Part shown: one piece after another, positions 52,321-64,000 of the stretch
Layout: every line of letters starts with the position of its first letter
How positions within the stretch are numbered: position 1 is the stretch's first letter
From: Podarcis gaigeae
Taxonomy: Eukaryota
Strand: one strand, 5' to 3'
Length of the DNA stretch: 64,000 bases
Assembly (NCBI GenBank): GCA_964106915.2
Contig: OZ066929.1
Position numbers and translations under genes: made by a program
The notes under the pieces: generated by a model
What the model saw: only the letters and a program-made list of their open reading frames with translations
What the model was told of the DNA's origin: nothing
Databases searched by the model: none

Positions 52321-54394
52321 TAGCAGGAAGTACTAATGGGGGACGGCTCTCTCTACAAAGGACAAGAATGGGTGGCCAAGGAAAAGGAGCAAGATGGATT
52401 AGTCGGCAGGAAGGAGCAGAAGATACTGGCTAGCAACAACCACCTCTTACTTCATAACACCTGCTCCAAACAGGTTCTCTTAAACCCTTCCAGACCTTTC
52501 AAGAAAGGTTGGCTGCTGTCTAGCATCTAGAAGTAGTAAGCAATCCCTCCCCGAGAATGCTAACATGCATTTTATTTAGGTTACATTTCATGTTTGCATC
52601 AAAAATGAAACTGGATTATCAGGGCACATTTGACAAATTAATTATATTTCAAACACACCAGCAGGAAGTATGTGTGCATCCCATCCTCCAAAAGGGCAGG
52701 ATCATCACACACCAGGGCCCAGAACAGCAGTCAACATTCTGTTGTTCCTCTTCCATTTGAAATCGCCATCTTCAATCTGATCTGAATATCTAAATCTGAA
52801 TTATCACAGCAGAGAGAGAGGGAGATGTGGTGCTCACACCTTTTTTTATCTGTTGCCATGGTGATTAGATAAAATTCACACCAAGACTCCGGGGAAGGAT
52901 GGGATTATTTCAGACAGAATCTCACCCCATTTGGTGAGAACGACGACAACACCTTCAGCTCCTTCCCGCTGCCGTAACTGGCCTGAGCACAATTTCTCAG
53001 GGGGCTGGGAGGGAACTTGGCAGGAGGCAAGATGCCTCAGGAGGGGTGGGTTTTGTAGGAAGCAGGTGGAGTGACGAATCAACCAATCAGCGCAATACCA
53101 GGGAATATATACCTGGTACGGAAACAGCTCCCATGCAAGACCCCAATGAGATTCCTTTAATGCATCAAACACAAACAGGAATTCCCAAAGAGATGTGCTG
53201 AATATATTCAAACAAAGGGAGCTGATCATTCACATTGCACATCACATTCACCACGCTCTTACACCAAGGACCAGAAGAGCTTTTTTTTACATACATGTCA
53301 AGACTTACAAGGTTTGGCGGGAAGGGAAGCTAAATCAAAAGCTGCAGGTTGCCTCCAGACTTCCAAAACACTGACCTCATTCAAAAAGTGCAGCTTGCAT
53401 GCTCGTGGCAAACATTTGAAAGAAGTCCCTTCGGCAGAGTAACCTTGGCCAGCTCACAGAAGATCCTAGCAAAAACTAAGGAGGGAGACTGCTCTGTGTC
53501 ACCTTGCAGGACATGCTGTGTGTTCTCACATCCTACAAGTCTCTGATTCCATAGACATGCTCTCCATGAGGTTTTAAGTCCTGGCACCCCAAAACTGCTT
53601 CCCGTCATTATTGGGTAGGATCTTTCCTCTTCTCCAAGCCAATAATCTTTGGCCTAGACCAGGCCTGGGAAATCTGTGACTCTTCAGATGTAAATGACCA
53701 ATGGTCAGGGATAATGTGATGGAGTTGATCTTGATAGTGATACTTGAGTGACAGGAGGGAGTCTATCTGATGTCTTCACAAAAGCAATATGGTTATGTTG
53801 TAAGCTTTTTGGGAAAGAGTCACAGGTATTGCTTCCTGCAGAGGTCTCTCCCTTTTACACCAGAGCACAACAGTTATTTTGTGAAGAGGCAGAGGAGAAA
53901 AGCCAGGCAAACCTGTAGCAAATGCTCACTAGGACAACACACCACTAGTACCAATGTCACCAAAGAGAACATTCTAGAAGGAAGCCTTTATGTGCAAACT
54001 TTCCCCCACCCAGCAAGCAATGAATATAGGTTCCTTGCTTGTGCGAGACACCCAGAGATGGGTGGGCAGTTTACCTGCTGCTGGCAAGTGAGGTTGGAAG
54101 TCCTTTTCACTTTCTCGGCTGTTTACATTTCCCAATGCACCTGCTTTCAGCTGGCAGCTCCCAAGAGGAAGCTGCAGTTGCCTTCAACACAGCCTTTGTA
54201 AACTGCCTAAGAATGTTAATTTGCATATTTATGGCATTTCTGTCCACCCCATAACCAAAGCTCTCTGGACAGCAAAAATCTGCAGTTGAAACCTCAGGAT
54301 CCCCAACAGCTAGAAGAGGAAACACCTTCTTTGGTGTTTCCTTCTCCTTCACCCCGCCCCACCTCCATGCCTGCATCACACTGAACAGAAGAAT

Positions 54395-54600
54395 TTAAGA
54401 CAAGCTATGCAGCTGGATCAGACTAAAGGCCTATGTAGTCCATTATCCTGTTTTCAGAGTGGACAATGAGATTCCTATGGGGACCTGAGTACACAAATGG
54501 CATTCTCCATACTTGCAATTCCCTGCCATGGCAGTGGAGGTAAAACAGAATTATCATGGCTAGAAGCCCTTGATGGCCTTCTCCTGCATGAAAAGGCTGC
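54395..54600 (-). mobile_element. CR1 3' UTR remnant
   Basis: gctggatcagactaaaggcctatgtagtcc..atcctgttttcagagtgg. Confidence 0.6.
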
Positions 54601-57464
54601 TGCCCGTTCTCACTTGCTCTCTTCTCTTGCAAATGCAAAAAAAAAATCACAGGCACTCTTGGGAGCAACCTGGGAAGGCATGCAAATTTGCTGCTCATCA
54701 TCCTGACATTACAAACCTCAGGCAGCAGCTCGCCACAGAAAATGATTTCATTAAGCCCAACTAGTCCTGTTCGGCAGGCAGGCAGGCAAAGAGTTATAAA
54801 GCCAGCAGCTGGAAATGTTCTGCCACAGATTGATGCCTGCCCCCTCCCTGAAGACATGCAAACAAGAATCATCTTTCAGCCCCCATTGTGGTGTCAGCAC
54901 CCCAGCCTTTTGTGGTAGCAGGAGATCACTGCCCTCTAAAGAGAATGCTCATTGAGGAAGGACAAAGCGGAATTATCTGTGCCCAGGCGAGGCCGTGCCT
55001 TGGATCAGCTTTCAGCTCTGCCCGCTAGGCTGTGCGTAGGCATTGTTTGGGGGCCTGTTGACACCACCTGGCTGGGGCTGGCAGCCAAGCCGCGATGCAA
55101 AGGCTCAGCGCAGGCAGCTGAATATGAATGGGAGCGCAACAACCATAAATATTCCTGGTAGCTTTAATTTTGGGTAGCCTCACGCTGAGTCTCCAGGCAC
55201 TCATTATATTTGCAGAGAAAATAAAATGATTTTTTAAAATATACAATTTCATTTGCTTCCAGATTATTAAAGACTAAATGTTAGCACATGGCAGAGACAG
55301 TAAAGAGAGTGCAAGAAGTGCTCATGCAGAAAAAGGATTTTTCTTTGTGAAATTATGGGTTAACCTTACCCCTCCACCAAACACACGAAGATGAGCCAAA
55401 TTAACTGGATCAATCTTTCACCTCATAGGAGGAGAGCAGACAGGCACTCCTATACTATTTATTATAGTGAGGTTTATAATTAAAAGAGCGGAGGGAGGGA
55501 GGGGGGAACTCCACAATGGGGTACAAGAAGGAGAAAAAAGCTCTGACAGGTCAAAGGCTCCAAGCATGCTCGGTGTCTGAGCAAGGATTCTGAAAGCCCA
55601 CCTCAACCAATTTCCAATAAAAGCTCCTCACTTTCACTGAGGCTTTTATTCTGCTTTCCTCACATGAAGAAGTTTTCAGATTCACACAATTGACCTTTTA
55701 TCCATATCTGACTCCAAAGCGCATTGTTGTTCCAGACCCAAACAACCTGCTCTCTGTTCATAACAAGTCAGTGACGGACCATTTACTTATTTCATTATTC
55801 TAAGCTTTCTACCTAACCATTCTCATGGCAGCGATGGAGGGAAACAGTGTGCAGGCTTGCCCTGTGATGTCCTCAAATTGGTGATCAATGGTGGCAGAGG
55901 GCACAATCCAGCATGCGACTAAACTTCACGCTCCTGACCTTCAGTACCAAAGCAAGCCCAATTCTGACATTCTCACAGGGGGTTGGAACAAAGAGTGTAT
56001 TTTTCAAGCTGTCCACTGACATCTGGGCATATTGAGGCCCACAACCTCCTACAATAAAAGATCCACAGCCTTCCCTTTCAAAACTGGGGATCAGGAACCT
56101 CCTGACTCAACCACACTTAGCCAAAGCACTGCCTGACAAAGGGACAGAGCCTCAGCTCAAAAGATCCCCCTTTTTTGCAAGCTGAAAATGGCGTATTTCA
56201 CAGAAACGGAACCTCATTCCCTTGGGGCTTTTGAAACAGGAAAATAAAAAAATTCAGTTGAATACATCCCACTCAAGGTGGAGAGCTGACCCTAATATAA
56301 ATAACGGATTTTTAAACCACAACAGACCAAGATCCATAGCCAGCCACAAAGTTCAAAACCATAACCTTAAAGCGCAGGCCAGCCTCACCAAAGGCCCACC
56401 ATTCTGTAAGTGCCACTGGCTTAATTTAGAATTAACATGACCCTTTATTAAATGCCAGAACCGAGGGAGTGGGACCTTATATTTGTAGGGGGAGGGGAAC
56501 TAACAGGAAGATTGATTTTGATGTGAGGACCTACAAAGCAAATGGCTTTTTGAAAAACCTATAATTTCTCTGCAACCCTTGACTTGACTAAACACACATT
56601 TTTAGACAGCAGCACAGTTAGGCAGGCATTAAACAAAAACGAGGCAGGCTAATGGTGATTTATGTATAGGATAACCTTCTATAAGAGAATTTATATTTGA
56701 TTTCAGGGTAAATTTCAATGTTACCAAGTTAACCAAATAATGCAGCCAGCAATTTAACAAATGCTGGGGTGGGGGAGAGACCGTTGCAGCTGTAGCAGCC
56801 TGGAACCAATGCAAAGCAGGCAGCTGCCACTGTGCAATGATGGGCTATTAAAGACAGGTCCTCAGTGGGTTCTCCACAATATTCATACTTCTAGGGAGCT
56901 AAAGAAGAACAGCCACCCACACTCCCTGCAGAGGCAACTGGGGAAGCACATGGTCTCACAGCAAATCACATTCCAAAGCTGATCTTGGAATGGAAAGCTG
57001 AACTTGGCCAATGAACTTCATTAAAACAGACCATGTACTGCCTTGAAAGACAAAGGGCTCCTCTTCTGACAAACAGCCTGCTTCTCACCCACACCTGAAC
57101 ATCACACCTGGTGCACGATTCACTATTTGGCAGGTTTGTTCTAATTTCCATTCATGCCGTGATATGTTCCTTACAGAAACCTTACAGAGGCCCAAAGGTG
57201 ACCCAAGGAAACTTGAGCAGGTGCAACCAAGAAACCCAAAGGCAAGAACCAGCCTTCATAGTGGCCAGGGACAGCCTGGGCCACCAGGAGTCTCTATACT
57301 CGGTTGTGGGGATCCTCCAGATGTTGCTGAACTACAACTCCCACCACCCCTGAACATTGGCCCTGTTGGCCAGGGAGTTGGAGTCCAACAACCTCATTGT
57401 CAGTCCCAGGTTGCCCTAGACACTGTTTCATCACACAAGTTCCTGGGAATAGAGCCAAGCATTT

Positions 57465-58800
57465 ATTTGTTTTAAACGTATTTATACTGCCCTTCATTCT
57501 TTTTGATTGAATGTACAAGGGCAATGTGCAATCAATAAACATAACAGTACAACCGTAAAGCAATAAATACAATCCATAAAATTAATTCACAGCCGATTAA
57601 AATGCCCAGGGAGAAATAAACATTTTTGACTGGCACTGAAAAGATAGCAATGTTGGTGCCAGGTGAGCCTCTCTAGAGAGGATGTTCTGCAGCCGGGAAC
57701 CCACTGCAAGAAAGGCCTTTTCTTTTGTTGCTGAGTTCCAGATCTCAGAGCAAGGAGGTCCCTAAAAGAGAGCTTTGGCGGAAGTTCCCAAGACACAGAC
57801 AGGCTGATAGGGGAAGAACCACTGCTTCGCGTCTTTGCATTGAATTGCATTGAAAGCCATTTAGGACCTTAATAGTAACCACACCACCTTGAATTAGGCT
57901 CGGAAGCTAAAAGGAAGCCAGGGAGCTTCTTACAAATTAATGTAATGTATATAAGTCATTCAGCCACATTCTGCAACAGTTGAAGCTGTTGTGTCATCTT
58001 CAATGGCAGCCCCATATAACAAATTGCAGTGATCCTTCCAGAAGGTTTCCAGAGCATGGATGAGATGTGTTCACAGTTAGTGGACCAACCAAAGCTGGCC
58101 AAAGCACTCTGTGTCACCAAGGCCACTTAGGTCTCTAGTGACAACATTGATTCTATGAGTATCCCCAAACTGTGCACTTGTTTTTTTCATGGCCAATGTA
58201 ACTCTGTTCAAAAGAAGGTAACCATGGATCTCCCCAGCCTGAGAACCAACTATTTACAGTGCCTCTATCATATCAGCATCCAGCTTATGATGATTATTTA
58301 ATTGATTTATATACTGCCCTTTATCAAAAGATCCCGGCTTCAGTTTCTTACTCCTCATCCAGCTCACTACTGCACCTAGGCACTGGTTTGGTATATTCAT
58401 AGCCTTCACCCAACAAGAAGGAACAGAGTTGAGGGCCATCAACATACTGAGAGCACTGCATTCCAAATACTTGAAGCACAGAGGCTTCACACAGATATTG
58501 AGGAGTGTGTAGGATAAGGTGGATCCCTGCAGAACCCTCATGATACAAGGGTCATGGTTTCAAGCAGGAATCCTCCATCACTAATTTATAGAACCTACAG
58601 TGCAGGTAGGAGCACCATGCCTTCCACATGGTATCAAAAGGTGCTGAGACATCATGGAGAATTCACAAAGTCACACTTTCCCTGTTTCTCTCCTTACAAA
58701 GATCATCCATCAGGGTTTTGGCACTGACGTCAATCCTGAAATGAAACTGAAATGGATGTGTAGGTAATCCATTGTATACATTTAGAAGTTTGGTAAACCT
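57465..58800 (-). mobile_element. Decayed L2-like LINE including RT motifs
   Basis: VLQGSTLS..LLNICVKPL and CSQYVDGPQL resemble GVPQGSxLSPxLFNIYMKPL..YADDTQL; GLPLKMTQQLQLLQN; TTTA-rich tail. Confidence 0.75.
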
Positions 58801-59569
58801 CTATGAGCGAAAAGTGATCCAAGCAGCATACAACAAAGCCTTCTACTACCCACTCAAGCACTTTGCCCAAAAGTAGATATTTGTGAGTAGGTGATAAACA
58901 TTGCAGTCTTCTGGGTCCAGAGAGGGTTTTTTAAGGAGAGACCAAACAACTTCCTCCTTCAAGGCTGAAGTGACTGCTATTTACAAGGAGGCATCAATCA
59001 CCTCCTGGACTCACATAGTCAGTCTTCTCCAGCTACAAGTAATTAGGCAAGAACCAAATGCACACTTATTTGAACCTCCTGCAACAACCGAGTCTACTTC
59101 TTTTGGCCACAAGAAAAGACACGAATCCCAAACAACCAAACTAGATCATGCCTATGTACACATGTAGGAATGCATGAGGCTCTTTTTTTCACAGAGCCAT
59201 CTTATACATAGGGCTTTGCAATTGTGCATACATTCACGTAATAAAGTTGCTAAAAACAGGAATTACTATTTGTTTTGTGTGGCCGAGTTTACATAGTAGT
59301 GTGCATCAAATGATCTCAACACAAAATGGATTAAAACCAATCCTGCAGAATGTGCTTAAGACAGCTAATAGTGTGGAACAAGGATGGCATGGAGACAATG
59401 TCTTGGGTACAGCTTCCCCAAAATGTGTCTGCACCTAGCAATGAATGCATATTATCATGCAATGAGTACATTCACACTCCATGTTCTGGAAACTTCATAC
59501 TAACTGCTCCAACTGTTTACAGGTCTTACTAGATATGAGTGGTTTTATCTTCAAATAGACACATTAGGG

Positions 59570-59647
59570 CAATACCCTTTATTTGGCCAAACAAAATGTC
59601 ACAAAGTTGTGTGCAAACTTTCAAATTCTCCATAATTCTACATCGAG
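59570..59647 (-). mobile_element. Penelope-like terminal remnant
   Basis: Reverse complement ctcgatgtagaattatggagaatttgaaagtttgcac..ttggccaaataaaggg resembles squamate PLE ends. Confidence 0.5.
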
Positions 59648-59675
59648 TTAGATGGTAAACACAAGGATGGGGATG

Positions 59676-59678
<3 letters not shown>

Positions 59679-59718
<40 letters not shown>
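59679..59718. repeat. (GT)~20 microsatellite
   Basis: Direct observation. Confidence 0.97.
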
Positions 59719-59720
<2 letters not shown>

Positions 59721-62064
59721 TGGTGGTGAAGTCCACTACTCCTGCATCTTGTAAAAGTCTTAAGAAGGAGTAAGGGATTGGAAAGACAGCATTCAAATAA
59801 ACCTGAATTAGGTGTTTCTCATGCAGAAAAATGCAAACATACATAGGGGAGCAGCCACTGTATGTTTCTGCTTCCAAAGAGGTTTCAGAGCAACCCAATA
59901 GCAGACACTACAGTATGATGTCACCCCTTCTACCACAAGCCCCTCTTGCCATCCCACTGCTGCTTGGAACATTGAGGACCCCAACAACTGTGAGAAGCAC
60001 AGCCCACCCAGGCATAAGGAGATTGCTAGCAACTGCTCAAGTTTACTGAGCAGAGGAAAGAAAGCAGGCTTCTCTCTCTGCAAGGTCTGTTCACTCCCCA
60101 AGAACAGGAAAAACCTGAGTACACTGCCTGCCCATGGAAACACCCACAGTTTAGGTCTCCAACAACAAAAAAGTGTTGAGGTCTCGGGCATCACATCCAA
60201 TACTCTCAGCTTCCACTGTAGGCTTCTGCAAGGCAGCTTTGAGACCAGAGGCATGTCTTGACCCTTGCAAGGACAAACATCCAGCAGCAATGAACAGGCC
60301 TTGGGGCAAAGCCCTTGCCAAGTCTTTGCAGGGTTGGCCAAACACTACTGGCTTACAAAGGCAGGGCTCTCTGGATAGCCTGTATGGCCCTATCATAGTC
60401 TCAGGTCTGCTAGGGTGCAGCAGCCCATTCCCCCAGGTCCTTCAGGCTCCTCTGAGTCACCAGTACTCAAGGCTCACAACAGCAGCCTTAAGCACTTCAG
60501 CTTAGGAAGATCTAGCAGGGGAGTCGAGAAAGCAGCTTCACAAGATGGTTTCACACTAGAGGCAGCATCAGATAGCACCTCAATGTCTGTAGCTACATCA
60601 TCCAGAAAGAACAGTCCTTATATAATAAGGGAACAAATGGACACAAAGCAGTCATGAAACACAGCGACAGAAAAGAGCATTTCAGCTGCCCTCTCCTACC
60701 CACTGTCCTTAAGTCCCTCTACTCAAATGGCAGCCTTCTCAAAGGGAAGATGCAACACAAGGTATAAGATGAGAACTTGCTGGTGAATCTCACTGCATTT
60801 CTAAGGCTTTGAACCATGGCTAGGTGGTTCTTCCATCAGAACAGATCAATAGTTTCTCTCTCTCCCAGTTAGTTTTTGTAGTCATTACATGTTCTGCACT
60901 CTGGAAATCAGGGCACAGTTTCTATGCCTGTTCTCTGATTGGGTTAGTCTTCTAATATGGAACCTCAACTCCAGAAATACAACCAAAATAACAGCATATC
61001 ACCACATGGTGTGTGCTCCCCAGAAAGCTCATCCCAGCTTTCGGGAGCCAACACAGAAGCTGCGCAGGAGAATTATCCAACAGACCAAAGCAGACGCTGC
61101 CTCAGGCAAGCACTGCTCTCAAATCAATGAGCAATTTATAAAATCAGTTTTCTTTTCCTTCTAATAATACAGAGTGTGCACTGAAAAGGTCAAAGAAGGG
61201 GAGGAGGATCTCCCTTCGCAATCCTTGGTGCACCCCCCCCCCTCCATCTTCTGGGTCTGCCCAAACCCTGGCAGTCTCTGCAGAAGTAGGGCTTTGAGGC
61301 AGGCTGGTCAAATGTTCTCTCCAGATAGCCTTTAAAGACCAATTAAAGTCTTGCAAGACACAAGTCAGATTCTTTGATTTGAGTGTTTACTTCCAAGAAC
61401 AATTCAAAGTAACATCCCCAACCATTTGATGGATTTCATTCTAAGGCACTTCCAGGCTAAACACAATCTTTGGTTCTGTGTGGCTCCTGTTTGGCTCAAG
61501 GGCTCTATCTTGAAGGGAGGAAGGCATCAGCCAATGCATGTCTCAGTATAATAAGACCAGCTGCTGGGAAGCTCAGGCAGGGAGAGGAGCTCAAGCTGCT
61601 GCCTTTGGGTCCTGCCTGCAGGCCTCCTCCCAGAGGCATCTGGTTGTCTAGTCTGAGAACAGGATGCTGGCCTGGATAAGCAGCCAGTCTCTTCTAGGTG
61701 GTCTGAGCAAGACTATCACCTCCTCACATTCCCCTCATCTCTCGGCATGAGCGTGACACCAGCTAGTCCACAACCATAGCCCCCAGATCCAAGCTCTAAG
61801 GGGCCTTACAGAGCTGACTAAATGCAGAAACAGCCCAGCTCTGGGAAGGAGGGAATCCACCCTGGGGCCCTGTTCCTAAAAAACATGGGGGGGCACCACT
61901 CTTTGGCATTGGGACTTGGCAAAAGGGCTGACAATCCTCAGCCAGCATCCATTGTGCCCCTTGGCCAGGGATCACTAGAGAGAGAATGACAACAGATATC
62001 ATGTGATAGAAGAAAGGAAGCAGCAGGACCAGGGGGTGAGGGGCAGCAATGCCTCCTGTCTTAC

Positions 62065-62211
62065 CTGGGATGATAGAAACCGTGTCTTTCTCCCAGGACA
62101 CAACACTGACGTATTCTTGCACCGAAGAAGGGATGAGGCACTTGAAAACAGCCACATTTCCACGCATTGACCTTTGATCCTCCACCCGGACTGTGTAAGG
62201 TTCCCTGAAAA
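62065..62211 (-). CDS. DSCAML1: DSCAML1 internal coding exon (exon 3 equivalent, start of Ig-like domain 2)
   Basis: Translation (V)[48 protein letters not shown] matches recalled DSCAML1; paralog DSCAM reads VLREP..QKTM..SVEAYITVV..SLVS. Acceptor cctccctgtctctttctccccAG, donor CCAG|GTAAGA, 147 bp, phase 1/1. Confidence 0.96.
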
Positions 62212-62679
62212 CTGGGGAGAAAGAGACAGGGAGGTGGTGATTGGGACAGAGTGGCAACCAGAAGCCATTGCTGCACTTCAATAAGAATTTCATCCCCTTT
62301 GTTCACAACCCTGCACAATCATCCATCCTCCAGCGCACATGACACCAGGTTCGTACGTGGCTTTCAATTGGGAGCACTCCTCCAAGAAGCGCCCAGAGAC
62401 TTTGGCCTGCATTGTGCATTGGGGCAGCCTGTATTACCAGCTGTTTTTCCAGAGCCAACAAACCTCCACCTAGCCTAACACACAATAAACCCAGTAAAAC
62501 AAACAAGAGCCTCAGTAAAACAAAGGCAGAAAGTATCACAGTGCAGAAAATAAATTATCCTGTCATATGCTGAAAGCTGGTCGAAGAACGAACACCAGCA
62601 GTTAAAATTTATTTTAAGTATATAATGCCCTACAGCCAAGTTGCAACAGGAGTAAAAATTCAAAACACATAAAATAATA

Positions 62680-63160
62680 ACTATCAGCCACAAAACATAT
62701 TAAATCAGCATAAGACAACGGGGGGGGGGGGAGGATAAAAAAAACACAATTTGAATCTAGAAGAGATTAAAAGGCCTGGGGAAATAAGACCAGGAGCCAA
62801 AACAATAACAAAGTAAGGTGAAGGCAAGACTCTCTGTGCTGCTGTCTCCTTTCCTCAGGAACCACCTGCTGCACCTCACTCAGCAGGAGGACCAGAAAAA
62901 GACCTCCTGCAAAGTCCTTGGTGTGCAGACTGGTACATGGGGAAACAGTTGATCCTTCAGGGATCCTGGTCCCAAGTTATCAAGAGGTTTAAAAGGTGGA
63001 AAACAACACTCTGAATAGGGTCCAGAAACAGGCTGAGAGCCAGTGAAGTACTAGTGTGGGACCTGTTCCTACTACAGCTCATGGGCAATCTTGCAGCTGT
63101 ATTCTGAAGTTTTCAGACAACCTTCAAAGGCAGCCTACATATAATGTATGAAAAACATAA
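62680..63160 (-). mobile_element. L2-like LINE remnant
   Basis: aaggcctggggaaataag, ccttcagggatcctggtcccaag, accttcaaaggcagcc are reverse-complement L2 motifs. Confidence 0.6.
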
Positions 63161-63169
63161 TAAGTGTCC

Positions 63170-63740
63170 GGCAGAAGCTGGATCAGACCAAAGGGGGCCT
63201 ATCTAGTCCAGCATCCTGCTTCTCACTACAGCCAGAAAATGCTCCAAAGCAGAGATGTACCTGGGAGGAGGGGGCTAGATGGGGTTTTTGCCCCAGGTGA
63301 AGCCTCCAGAGGGGCACCACTGACGTTCCCAGCCTGTGTGTATGTGTTTACACAAATGTGCATGGCGGGGTGTGGCAAACTGGGTCTTTGACCCAGGTGA
63401 AATAAAGGCTACAAGGAGGCCATAAACGTTACAGCCTCCTGCTGATGCTGTGCCCCAGAAACTGGCATTCAGAGGCACACTGCTTCCAATACTGCAGGTA
63501 GAATATAGATACCGTTACTTGAGAGATTTATGCTGTACAAATATATCTAATCTCCTTTTGAAGACTTATGTGTTCCAAAGTTGGTGGCCATCTCTACATC
63601 TTGTGGCAGCAAAAACCATAGTTTTAACGATGCATTGTGTGAAGAAGTGGTTCCTCTTGTGCCTGTCCTCTGTTCAGCTTCAATGGATCCCCTTAGGTTC
63701 CAGTATTATATGAGAAAGAGAGAAAAGCTTTTCTCTTCAT
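63170..63740 (-). mobile_element. CR1 3' end, interrupted
   Basis: gctggatcagaccaaag..atctagtccagcatcctg, then tgtgtgaagaagtggttcctc. Confidence 0.7.
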
Positions 63741-64000
63741 ACCTCACGTAATTGTATAATATGCCACAGGGAAAGAGGGATATTTGACCCTCAAGTTAGC
63801 CAGAAGATATAACTGGTAACAAATGTTAGAGGAGTTAAGGGTTCAAAGCATTCAACCCTTCCCCTCCCATTGGGAAATATGTGTTGGAATGCAAATTGAT
63901 ATTTGGCATTCAGAAATGGGTGGATTTCCCCAACAAGGCCCCTTAAGATATTCAGAATCCAAATCAGTCTTCTAGAAAGTCATACATTACAATGCTGAAG

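Larger units (their letters stand above)
1..62064 (-). other. DSCAML1: Part of a very large DSCAML1 intron downstream of the exon (continues beyond window start)
   Basis: Starts at the GTAAGA donor (62064). The next exon (xHRFFIT..GGLYISDV) was not found in the minus-strand ORF track. Confidence 0.85.

Noticed and set aside
59808-60341. 177-aa minus-strand ORF as a hidden DSCAML1 exon
   Set aside because: No Ig or FN3 signature and no similarity to DSCAML1 or DSCAM.
61796-62293. 165-aa ORF as a complete gene
   Set aside because: Only 62065-62211 is DSCAML1-like and bounded by splice sites; the rest is intron read-through.
1-64000. CRISPR array, operon, or Drosophila-style Dscam alternative exon cluster
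   Set aside because: Eukaryotic intron with no regularly spaced repeats, and no duplicated Ig half-exons were seen.

Overview
Vertebrate, not microbial, DNA: abundant Sauria SINEs with (ACCTTT)n tails, Squam3-like SINEs and CR1/L2/L1/BovB fragments point to a squamate, most likely a lacertid lizard (inferred from repeats). The only host coding sequence I can support is one 147-bp internal exon on the minus strand (62065-62211, phase 1/1). It encodes [49 protein letters not shown], the start of Ig domain 2 of DSCAML1 (equivalent to exon 3). Positions 1-62064 are therefore part of one intron of more than 62 kb, filled with transposable elements and a few repeat-poor, motif-dense blocks that may be neural or retinal enhancers. 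Notable observations: (i) a 1.9-kb composite L1 insertion bounded by a perfect 17-bp target-site duplication (TSD), which looks like an L1 3' transduction; (ii) three 136-bp hAT MITEs with the same body but two different terminal inverted repeat (TIR) types; (iii) a hAT element with nested ETS/NRF1-like palindromes; (iv) Penelope-type remnants with degenerate hammerhead ribozyme cores; (v) a CpG-rich insert replacing part of a CR1. I found no evidence of a new multi-gene system. Repeat boundaries without a stated TSD are approximate, and family names come from recalled consensus sequences, not database searches.
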